From Anaerolineales bacterium (GTDB taxonomy: Bacteria > Chloroflexota > Anaerolineae > Anaerolineales > Villigracilaceae): DNA of 64,000 nucleotides. Made by a program: the position numbers and the translations under genes. Below, piece by piece: positions 56,619-64,000 of the stretch. Location of the stretch: contig JAXLVU010000005.1 of NCBI GenBank assembly GCA_046328855.1, forward strand, positions 89,490 to 153,489, given 5' to 3'. Below the pieces are notes generated by a model. It did not search any database, was not told where the DNA came from, and saw only the letters and a program-made list of their open reading frames with translations. The first letter of the stretch is position 1. Every line of letters starts with the position of its first letter.

Positions 56619-58333
56619 GCAGCTACTTCCGCAATAAAAACTTCAAATGGCGCGATGGTGAGATTGTCCGTTTTTAGGTCAGCAGGTGAGCGGACAGCAC
56701 TGGTGAATAGTGTATGTAGGTTCGTCCCATTCACAACCTGCTCGTTTGAGAAATTCAGACGTAAGCGTTTATCGGAATAATTTAATACAACCAACACGGT
56801 CTGCTTGGCTGATTTACGTACGAAGGAAAAGTAATCAGTTGCATCTTCGTGAAGCGGAAGATAGTCTCCTTCTACCAGCGCAGGAGTTGCTTTACGTACT
56901 TTTAGCAAATGTTTGTAGTAATTCAAAATCGAACTTGGGTTTTGCTCCTGCTCAAAGACATTGATGCCTTCTTTGTAATTCGGGTTGATCGGCAACCAGG
57001 TTTCTACACCTTCGGGAGAAAAGCCTGCATTTGCCTTGTTTGACCAGTGCATAGGCGTGCGGTTCTTATCGCGGGTCATTTCGGCAGTGCGAAACATGGC
57101 TTCTTCAGGGTCTACGCCCATTTCGGTGACGATGGTATGGTAATACCAGGAGCCCATTGTGTCTTTGACTTGCGAGATATGTGGCAGGAGATAATCAGTC
57201 ATACCTATCTCTTCGCCATTATAGAGAAAAGGTGTCCCTTGCAGGGTCAATACGAGGGCGGCATTGAGGCGGGCAAGCTCAGCATCATGAAGCTTGTCGC
57301 CATAGTTTGTGTAGATACGTGATCGGTCATGGTTGCTAAGTGTATTGCATGCCCAGCCTTTGATCGTCAGTTGATTCAAACGGGCAATACGTTCTTTTTG
57401 ATTTTGGCGGATGTGATTGGGTGTGATGCGGTTGGTGTTTGCCAACGGAAAATTGAAAACAAGATGAAGTTCGTCATTTCCATCGCCCATGTAGTCGATG
57501 TTGTCATCTTCACCGACTAACATTCGGTCGCCATCATATTCATTAAGAATACTACGCAGTTCCTTCATCAATTCGTGAACGCCGGGTTGACCCCATTGGT
57601 TTTTGAACATGTCAACCCAATATTTTTCTCTAAGCTTCTTGTCTTCTTCAGTTTCTGCAAGCTCTGAGAAACGGCGCAGTTCGGCAAGAGTCATAGGAAC
57701 GGTATGGGGTGTCAGATTTGGATCTTCGAAAACTGTGCCAATGGCGTCGAGGCGATAACCGTCTACACCAAGATCCAGCCAAAAGCGAACGGCATCCCAC
57801 ATGGCGGCTTTCACTTCAGGATTGTGCCAGTTCAAATCTGGCTGTTGTTTCATGAAGTAGTGATAGTAATACTGTTGGCGTTCAGGGGCATATGTCCACG
57901 CATCGCCATCAAAACAGGATTGCCAGTTATTGGGTGGGGTATCGACCCAAACATACCAATCCGCTTTGGGGTTATCGCGGCTGGATTTGGATTCAAGGAA
58001 CCAGGGGTGTTCGTCAGAGGTGTGATTCAGGACGAGGTCCAGAACGACGCGAATGTTTCGTTTATGAGATTCAGTGAGGAATGTTTTAAAATCTTCAAGG
58101 GAGCCGTATTCCGGTGCGACATTGGTATAGTCAGAAATGTCATAACCGCAATCCCAATTTGGGGAAGGGAAGTGTGGAGAAAGCCAAAGCGCATCCACGC
58201 CGAGGCTGACGAGATAATCTAGCTTTTCGGTAATTCCTTTAAAGTCACCGATGCCATCACCGTTGCTATCTGCAAAAGAGCGCGGATAGATTTGATAAAA
58301 AACAGCAGTCTGCCACCATTTGAGCGAAGTCAT
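56615..58333 (-). CDS. GH13 alpha-glucosidase/oligo-1,6-glucosidase
   Basis: YQIYPRSF.DSNGDGIGD, DLVLNH, GYRLDA, VGE, NHD, QPDLN. Confidence 0.95.
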   Translation of the reverse strand: MTSLKWWQTAVFYQIYPRSFADSNGDGIGDFKGITEKLDYLVSLGVDALWLSPHFPSPNWDCGYDISDYTNVAPEYGSLEDFKTFLTESHKRNIRVVLDLVLNHTSDEHPWFLESKSSRDNPKADWYVWVDTPPNNWQSCFDGDAWTYAPERQQYYYHYFMKQQPDLNWHNPEVKAAMWDAVRFWLDLGVDGYRLDAIGTVFEDPNLTPHTVPMTLAELRRFSELAETEEDKKLREKYWVDMFKNQWGQPGVHELMKELRSILNEYDGDRMLVGEDDNIDYMGDGNDELHLVFNFPLANTNRITPNHIRQNQKERIARLNQLTIKGWACNTLSNHDRSRIYTNYGDKLHDAELARLNAALVLTLQGTPFLYNGEEIGMTDYLLPHISQVKDTMGSWYYHTIVTEMGVDPEEAMFRTAEMTRDKNRTPMHWSNKANAGFSPEGVETWLPINPNYKEGINVFEQEQNPSSILNYYKHLLKVRKATPALVEGDYLPLHEDATDYFSFVRKSAKQTVLVVLNYSDKRLRLNFSNEQVVNGTNLHTLFTSAVRSPADLKTDNLTIAPFEVFIAEVAA

Positions 58334-58387
58334 TGTGGATGTAAATCCTTTTTATATTGAAGGTTTTAGATTTTACTAGTTGGAAAG

Positions 58388-58654
58388 CTACGGAGTGGAA
58401 ATGCTAGGTTCTTCCAGTTTTCCAATGATTTTTACACAATCATGTTTGAATACTTCATTTTCATGAGGAGCGTCTTCCATTTCACTACTCAGGTCCTGAC
58501 CGGGAAAATGAAGAAACTCATGCATTCTGGCTCGCCATTTTGGGCATTCGGTCACATCGTAAACGATGCCATTGTGGGCGATCCACATGCGGGTGCCGCG
58601 TTCGCCTGTATTGCGTTTTAATTCTGCGAGCGTAATAACACGATCTGGAATCAT
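58388..58654 (-). CDS. Cytochrome b5-like heme/steroid-binding protein
   Basis: ELKRNTG, NGIVYDVT, HFPGQDLS, APH, IGKL. Confidence 0.88.
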   Translation of the reverse strand: MIPDRVITLAELKRNTGERGTRMWIAHNGIVYDVTECPKWRARMHEFLHFPGQDLSSEMEDAPHENEVFKHDCVKIIGKLEEPSISTP

Positions 58655-59382
58655 GATGCTTTGAACGTGAGCCCTTCAGGAAGAGAATGTTTGATGTATT
58701 CAAGCAGCGAATAGATAATGAGCCCACAGCCGAACATTTCAACAGATTCTTCTAAACTGGCAACGACGGCATAAGTGAAATTTTTCTGCCCGAGGTTGGC
58801 AGCGAAATACCCGCTAACCATTTCTCCACCAATCACTCCGCTAATATATACAGCGAGTGAGAAGAAAAAGAGCAGTTTAAACTTTTTATCGAGATGCAAG
58901 AAGAAAGTTAGAAAAGCAAAACCGAAAAGTGCAACAGCAGCCATGCCAGGGATAATCCAAGCGAAAAAGAAAACACCGTGCGAACCGACTGCGGCACGCA
59001 TTGGTTTGATAAGGCGCTCATGGAATGAAGCAATTTCATCCACGGAAAGCAAGAAAAAGATAAAAGCAAGAGCATTCCATTGAAAACGATATTTATCTTT
59101 AATATTGTTTTTCCATAAGCCAATGGCAAGGAGCAGAAGTGCTGGAATGAAAAGCATTAGGGCATTGATGAAAGTTGGCACATTGCTTTCGTAGTCCAGA
59201 TAAAACGATGTCATCATAACGTCGATGAACATTTCATGTATGGGTCCGCGGATATCGCCAACACCAAAGAAGCGCATGTGTTGTCCCCAGATACTGAGGG
59301 CAACTAATAATGCTACGAGAGAGAAAAAGAAAATTAGAATTTTCTTGGGGCTGAAACTGATGATAGGAGTTTGGTTTGTCAT
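58651..59382 (-). CDS. Multi-TM hypothetical protein
   Basis: ESNVPT, SVDE..SFHE, EESVEM acidic motifs within TM segments. Confidence 0.8.
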   Translation of the reverse strand: MTNQTPIISFSPKKILIFFFSLVALLVALSIWGQHMRFFGVGDIRGPIHEMFIDVMMTSFYLDYESNVPTFINALMLFIPALLLLAIGLWKNNIKDKYRFQWNALAFIFFLLSVDEIASFHERLIKPMRAAVGSHGVFFFAWIIPGMAAVALFGFAFLTFFLHLDKKFKLLFFFSLAVYISGVIGGEMVSGYFAANLGQKNFTYAVVASLEESVEMFGCGLIIYSLLEYIKHSLPEGLTFKAS

Positions 59383-59432
59383 GGATACCTATGAGCGTTG
59401 ATTATACGTCGAAATGCTGGTCAGTTGTCGGC

Positions 59433-60470
59433 TTAGGAAGAGGCGGGGACGATCACTGTGCGCACGTCACTGCCAAAGCGCTCCAACTCATCGAGAGCGG
59501 TATTAATGGCATCTGCATCCAATGGAATGGTTTTACTGACAATTTTTGATGTATCTAATATGTTGCGGCGAGCAAGATCCACAAGCAGAGGGAGTTCTTG
59601 CAAGTGATGATCGTTGGATCCGATGAGCTCTACTTCATTGCCAAGCAGTTCACTGTAGGTTTGAACTTCGAGTGTTTTATTCGAAACGCCAACAATGACC
59701 ACACGCGCCATCACTCCTGCCACCTGAAGAGCTTGTTTCATTGTTTGTGGCAAGCCGATCATTTCAATGGCAACATCTACCCCTTTATTGTGAGTGAGAC
59801 GTTTTATTTCAGCTACGGCATCTAACTGTTTGGCATTGACAGGAATCGCGCCATGTTGTTTGGCAAGGTCCAGTTTAGCCTCATTAATGTCTACTGCGTA
59901 CACATCGAGTGCGCCAAAAGCTTTTGCCAGTTGAATGGCAGATTGCCCCAAACCACCTGCGCCGAAAATTGCAACGCTTTCACCGCTTTTGATGCGACTC
60001 TTTCGGAGTGCATGGAAGGCTGTGGCACTGGCGCACATCAGGGTTGCGCCTTGTTCAAATGGAATTTCATCTGGTAAATGAATGGCGTTGCGCGCCGGTA
60101 TGGCAATGTATTCCGCATAGCCACCATTGGTATAGTGCCCAAGCATCAAAACTTTTTCGCAAAATTGGTCATTGCCCGTTGAGCACTGATAGCAATCGCC
60201 ACACGAAAGATTATAGTGAAGAACAACTCGATCACCGATTTTTACATTGGTCACCAGTGCCCCAATTTTCTCAACCATGCCAGCTACCTCGTGCCCCAAG
60301 GTAAGTGGCACTGGTCGTATCGGCGATATCCCTGCGCGGTAATGTGCATCTGAATGACAGACTCCTGCTGCCTTGACCTTTACTAAAATATCGCGTTCGC
60401 CAATCTCAGGGATGGGAATTTCCTGCATTTGTAATGGTTGATTCGCACCGATAAAGCGGACAGCTTTCAT
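59433..60470 (-). CDS. Zinc-dependent alcohol dehydrogenase (MDR)
   Basis: CHSD, GHE, CGDCYQC..C, GAGGLG. Confidence 0.95.
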   Translation of the reverse strand: MKAVRFIGANQPLQMQEIPIPEIGERDILVKVKAAGVCHSDAHYRAGISPIRPVPLTLGHEVAGMVEKIGALVTNVKIGDRVVLHYNLSCGDCYQCSTGNDQFCEKVLMLGHYTNGGYAEYIAIPARNAIHLPDEIPFEQGATLMCASATAFHALRKSRIKSGESVAIFGAGGLGQSAIQLAKAFGALDVYAVDINEAKLDLAKQHGAIPVNAKQLDAVAEIKRLTHNKGVDVAIEMIGLPQTMKQALQVAGVMARVVIVGVSNKTLEVQTYSELLGNEVELIGSNDHHLQELPLLVDLARRNILDTSKIVSKTIPLDADAINTALDELERFGSDVRTVIVPASS

Positions 60471-60937
60471 GGCGTCTCCTTGTTCCAATAATTTTTCATT
60501 AACTCAATAGACCAATCTGGTTGGTGAATTTCTTCGCGCGGCAAAAATTCACGCATGACAGGCTTGATATCAAGGATGGGTGTGCCGTTAATAGCATCTA
60601 ACCCTTGCACATGCAGTTGACGACCTTCGCGCTTCAATACTTTAACGATTGTTGCTCCAAGCCTATTGGGCCGATTCTTCCCCCGTTGGCTGAGAATCCC
60701 TACTTTTGGCCAATCTGGGTTATTGCGTGGATGGCTTGATCTGGTTTCGATTTTTGCATCTGAAACCAAGTGGAAATGGTAGATGATCTCTGCATGAGAA
60801 AAGCTTTCGATTTCCAATAAAGCCTCTTCCGGCAAAGATGAGTCTAGCTCAATAATTGAGACAACATCTCCCCAGTTATCATCTTCAATTTCAATGCGTG
60901 CATTTTTTACAGTTGCAATAGGAGTTAATTGGATCAT
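60467..60937 (-). CDS. TsaA/TrmO-like SAM-binding beta-barrel protein
   Basis: VGILSQR..RPNRLG, GLDAINGTPILDIKP. Confidence 0.88.
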   Translation of the reverse strand: MIQLTPIATVKNARIEIEDDNWGDVVSIIELDSSLPEEALLEIESFSHAEIIYHFHLVSDAKIETRSSHPRNNPDWPKVGILSQRGKNRPNRLGATIVKVLKREGRQLHVQGLDAINGTPILDIKPVMREFLPREEIHQPDWSIELMKNYWNKETP

Positions 60938-60938
60938 A

Positions 60939-61490
60939 TCAAATCTTTTTTACCAAGTCACCATTTTGGAATTCACCGGGTTGAATTACGCGAGCGTTGA
61001 TTCCACGCAAACGTAGCGATTTGTTTTCAGAGGCGCTGATAAATTTTAAAGCATCCAACCCGAAGCGGGCAGAGAATTTCTTGCAACCCGTGTGGGGTGT
61101 AGCTGTCACTTCTATAACTGCGGTGCCTATCGAAAGTTTTGTCCCTGCCGGTAGGTTTTCTTCACTAAGGTCTAGGTCCACATAAAGCTGGTCACCTGCC
61201 CATTGCCAAAGGTTTTCATCTTGGGTCAACAAGTGGATCACGCGCGAATTCATCAAGGTAATTTGTGTCTCCGGGTTGGCAGACCCATCCGGTGTAGTTT
61301 TGCTGCCGCGGGCTTGCCAATTATCGCCTTCCAAGCCAATGGTTAAGTCCACTTTGCCTTGAGAGATAATTTCGCGTTCTTCAACAGAAGGTCTACGGAC
61401 GATCAACTCCAGTTTACCCTCCTGCTTTGGGGATTGTTTGATAAGAGGTAATCCTGCTTCAAGTTCTTGTATAGAACGGTGTTTCACCAC
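60939..61490 (-). CDS. MOSC-domain protein
   Basis: GLEGD, PHTGCKKF, RGINARVIQPG. Confidence 0.88.
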   Translation of the reverse strand: MVKHRSIQELEAGLPLIKQSPKQEGKLELIVRRPSVEEREIISQGKVDLTIGLEGDNWQARGSKTTPDGSANPETQITLMNSRVIHLLTQDENLWQWAGDQLYVDLDLSEENLPAGTKLSIGTAVIEVTATPHTGCKKFSARFGLDALKFISASENKSLRLRGINARVIQPGEFQNGDLVKKI

Positions 61491-61627
61491 TTTGTATCTC
61501 CAATCTCTAAAAAATGATTTAAATTATAGCTCGGTCTTAAGCGGATGTTAGATAGAGTATAAATAATTGTTAATGTTGCGCTTAAACCAGTTCATATAAT
61601 AAAGACGCTTTTGAAAGGGCATGTTAT

Positions 61628-62428
61628 ATGACTGAAATAGAAGAAACTGTTGTAGAGTTCGAACATTCGCGGCACCTAAATTTTTCGGGTACCAAAAACT
61701 TTCGTGATCTTGGTGGCTATCCTACAATGGATGGACGGTCGATTCGTTGGGGCGTTCTATATCGTTCTGATAGTTTACATAGGCTTTCCGAGGCTGATTT
61801 AAGAAAATTAGCTTCTTTGAAATTATCTCGGATATTTGATTTTCGTTCTGAAAATGAAGTACATCATGAGCCAGACCGCTTGCCTGCAGGAGTTAAATTA
61901 GTACATCTTCCTATGTTAGATGCTAGCACAAGAGTATGGCATGAGCAGCGAGCGGATATGGTAAAGAACATGAAAACGCTCAACCCAGCCGAGTTTATGT
62001 TTGCTACTAATATGGAATTGGCATCTAAATTCACACCTGAATATAAACGTTTTTTTCAAGAACTATTAGAGTCAAAAGGGAGCCCAATTTTGTTTCATTG
62101 TGCAGCCGGAAAAGACCGCACTGGATTTGCCGCCGCAGCTCTTCTTCGAATTCTTGGTGTGCCGCAAGACATTATTATGCAAGATTACTTGCTGACAAAC
62201 CGATATTTACTAGGTGCATATAAATTCAATCTCTTTATTGGAACAATCCTAAAAGGTAAAAAATTTACCGATGGTATCCGCGGATTTATGAGCGCTGATG
62301 CAACATACTTGAACACTGCCTTTGAAACTGTTGAAAAAGAACACGGGTCTTTTGCGAACTACGTTCGTGATGGTTTGGAACTCAAAGAACATGATATTGA
62401 TTGCTTGAAAAAATATTATTTGAAGTAA
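61628..62428 (+). CDS. Protein-tyrosine phosphatase (Y_phosphatase3/IphP-like)
   Basis: NFRDLGGY, HCAAGKDRTG, DYLLTN. Confidence 0.95.
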   Translation: MTEIEETVVEFEHSRHLNFSGTKNFRDLGGYPTMDGRSIRWGVLYRSDSLHRLSEADLRKLASLKLSRIFDFRSENEVHHEPDRLPAGVKLVHLPMLDASTRVWHEQRADMVKNMKTLNPAEFMFATNMELASKFTPEYKRFFQELLESKGSPILFHCAAGKDRTGFAAAALLRILGVPQDIIMQDYLLTNRYLLGAYKFNLFIGTILKGKKFTDGIRGFMSADATYLNTAFETVEKEHGSFANYVRDGLELKEHDIDCLKKYYLK

Positions 62429-62459
62429 AAAAATGACGAGCATCAACTCGTCATTTTTT
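62428..62459. terminator. Bidirectional terminator
   Basis: AAAAATGACGAG / CTCGTCATTTTT. Confidence 0.8.
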
Positions 62460-63120
62460 AAACCAGAATATCTTTTGCGGCAAATATTTCTCTTAATGTA
62501 TACATATCTCCGAATGGGATAGCCCCAGCTTCCTTAAGCTTTTCAGCAGGTGTAAATGCAGCATGTCCGTATACTTGCATACCTGCACGAATGCCAGCTG
62601 TCACACCAGGAATGCTGTCTTCGACCACAATACAGCGGGATGGTGGCACATCAAAAGCTTTGGCGGCAGCCAAATATACATCTGGTGCTGGTTTGGGGTT
62701 GGAGACTTCGTGTCCACTAAAAATGGAGTCGCCAAAAAACGGAACAAGTTTCGAAAGCCTTAAACGTTGATTGATTTCTTCGCGTGTTCCATTTGAGGCA
62801 ATACATATTGGAACGGATATGCTTTTTACCAGTTCATGTATTCCCTGTACAGGTTGCAGTTCTTGTTCGGTTAATATGGAAAGCCGTTCATCAAATACAT
62901 TAATGAAATTCTTGGGTGGTTCCCAATTCAAATCCTGTGCAATTCCACTAATGCGATCTGGTAGTGTAACCCCAGAGAATTTTCGTAAATAGGTAGGTTC
63001 GTCTATCGTAAACCCATGTTCACGAACGATTTCTACAAAAACACGATTTGCTAAAGGCTCACTGTCAACGAGTACGCCGTCGCAATCAAAGATAACAAGG
63101 TCAAAAGTAGCGGGTTTCAT
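62458..63120 (-). CDS. HAD-IA hydrolase (YieH/CbbY-like)
   Basis: FDCDGVLVDSE, KPAPD, VEDS. Confidence 0.93.
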   Translation of the reverse strand: MKPATFDLVIFDCDGVLVDSEPLANRVFVEIVREHGFTIDEPTYLRKFSGVTLPDRISGIAQDLNWEPPKNFINVFDERLSILTEQELQPVQGIHELVKSISVPICIASNGTREEINQRLRLSKLVPFFGDSIFSGHEVSNPKPAPDVYLAAAKAFDVPPSRCIVVEDSIPGVTAGIRAGMQVYGHAAFTPAEKLKEAGAIPFGDMYTLREIFAAKDILV

Positions 63121-63285
63121 AGCGGCGGGATTATACTCTGCTAGAGTGGGGAAAATAGAAGAACTCATCTCGAAAATTCATATTTTCAGGATAAGTTTGA
63201 GTTATTTGGGCTAAAGGTCCCATCTTGTTTCTAAGACGCGGTCCGTTAGAGTTTATCCATACCGCAATATAGAAGGAAGTATTGT

Positions 63286-63441
63286 GGATATTCGGATTGG
63301 CTGCCCCAAAGTAGAGCGGGATCAGTGTCTGGTTGAACAACTGTGAGGTAGGCAACTCCGCTATCTCAGATTGCCCGTTCCTATCTGCCATGCGGCAGTT
63401 TGTACTCTTGTGAGTACCAATAGAAAACTGTTCCCACATCC
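63286..63441. ncRNA. Candidate structured non-coding RNA, family and strand uncertain
   Basis: Higher-GC block in an AT-rich spacer with several stems: AGCGG/CCGCT, TGAGGTAG/CTATCTCA, CTGCC/GGCAG, GTACTC/GAGTAC. Confidence 0.45.
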
Positions 63442-63522
63442 TTTATAAAATAACCTAAATTGCTGACGTGAGATGGAAGTCTTGTGATTGCTTTACTTTG
63501 ACCTACCTGAAAAAAAGTATAT

Positions 63523-63558
63523 ACAAAGCAGGGACTGAGAAATCAGTCCCTGCTTTGT
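63523..63558 (-). terminator. Intrinsic terminator hairpin
   Basis: ACAAAGCAGGGACTGA-gaaa-TCAGTCCCTGCTTTGT. Confidence 0.85.
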
Positions 63559-63575
63559 CTTGTAGTAGTTGCAAA

Positions 63576-64000
63576 CTACGGAGCGCCAAAGCGTAGCTGG
63601 GTATCGAGGTACAGGTTGTTGTACCAAGGGAACCAGTAGGAAGAATTCAAGAGAGAATTAGGCAAGCCCATCATCTCGGTGAAACTGACCGGCACCCCCC
63701 CGATGAGATAGATCTCCCGCTCCGCAGCCACAATCGGCTGATCACTCACGATCTTTACGGGACCATTATCAATGCCTGCAAAACTGATGCGCAAACTCTG
63801 CCCGGTCCCGGAAGCGGTCAAGGCAAAGGGACTGCCCGCCATCTCAACCCCGCCAATGTAAACTCTGACAGAGGCAGGCACCCCACTGACATTCCCGAAA
63901 CGGAGCTGCGTATCGAGGAAGAGATTGTTGTACCAGGGGAAATAGTAGGTAGTGTTCACCAACGACTCCGGCAAGCCCATCATCTCAGTGAAACTGGTAT
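63576..64000 (-). CDS. 3' end of a repeat-containing surface/secreted protein; 5' part outside the window
   Basis: Frame open to the window edge; 103-aa repeat SFTEMMGLP...FPWYNNL.LDTQLRFG. Confidence 0.8.
   Translation of the reverse strand, partial: TSFTEMMGLPESLVNTTYYFPWYNNLFLDTQLRFGNVSGVPASVRVYIGGVEMAGSPFALTASGTGQSLRISFAGIDNGPVKIVSDQPIVAAEREIYLIGGVPVSFTEMMGLPNSLLNSSYWFPWYNNLYLDTQLRFGAP

Noticed and set aside
63340-63420. c-di-GMP-I riboswitch on the minus strand (GATAGCGGAGTTGCC resembles its 3' end)
   Set aside because: The 5' GGCAAA/GAAA-tetraloop/CGCAAA elements are missing
63369-63427. HDV-like ribozyme (7-bp P1 GATTGCC/GGCAGTT, P4 hairpin, CCAA junction)
   Set aside because: No valid P3/L3 can be formed between P2 and P1'
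63131-63439. 102-aa ORF upstream of the HAD gene
   Set aside because: GTG start without a convincing RBS, no protein-like motifs, and it overlaps the structured element
1-64000. CRISPR array, tRNA/rRNA, prophage, intact transposase or integrase
   Set aside because: No regularly spaced repeat-spacer units, cloverleafs or mobile-element ORFs recognised by eye; short RNAs could be missed without covariance-model searches

Overview
A 64-kb gene-dense bacterial chromosomal window. Gene content, intergenic heptamer repeats and the terminal surface-repeat protein suggest Chloroflexota/Anaerolineae (inference). No rRNA, tRNA, CRISPR array or intact transposase is visible. Left to right: start of a corrinoid methyltransferase locus with GntR; a PAS/GAF kinase; an OmpR/BaeS-type two-component system with a MacAB/FtsX-type exporter whose ATPase carries a cNMP-binding domain; pgl-gnd-zwf; a TetR-led oxidoreductase/hydrolase operon; a surface-glycan locus containing a B12 radical SAM enzyme, a nucleotidyltransferase-like protein, a nucleoside phosphorylase and a methyltransferase; a LiaF-like membrane operon; thiol/Fe-S redox genes; three tandem LysM + LasA-like (M23A) lipoproteins; a ~13.7-kb group-3 [NiFe]-hydrogenase supercluster; assorted metabolic genes; a structured orphan non-coding element near 63.3 kb; and the 3' end of a repeat surface protein. 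The best candidate for an undescribed system is the hydrogenase. One catalytic core is encoded with two different NuoE/NuoF flavin modules, one with bifurcating-type and one with non-bifurcating-type signatures, behind a Rex-like operator and a DRTGG/CBS-kinase/PHP cassette usually seen with [FeFe]-hydrogenases. Other strong leads are the LasA-like triad, the radical-SAM glycan locus and the orphan RNA-like element. All assignments come from reading motifs by eye; no database searches were run.
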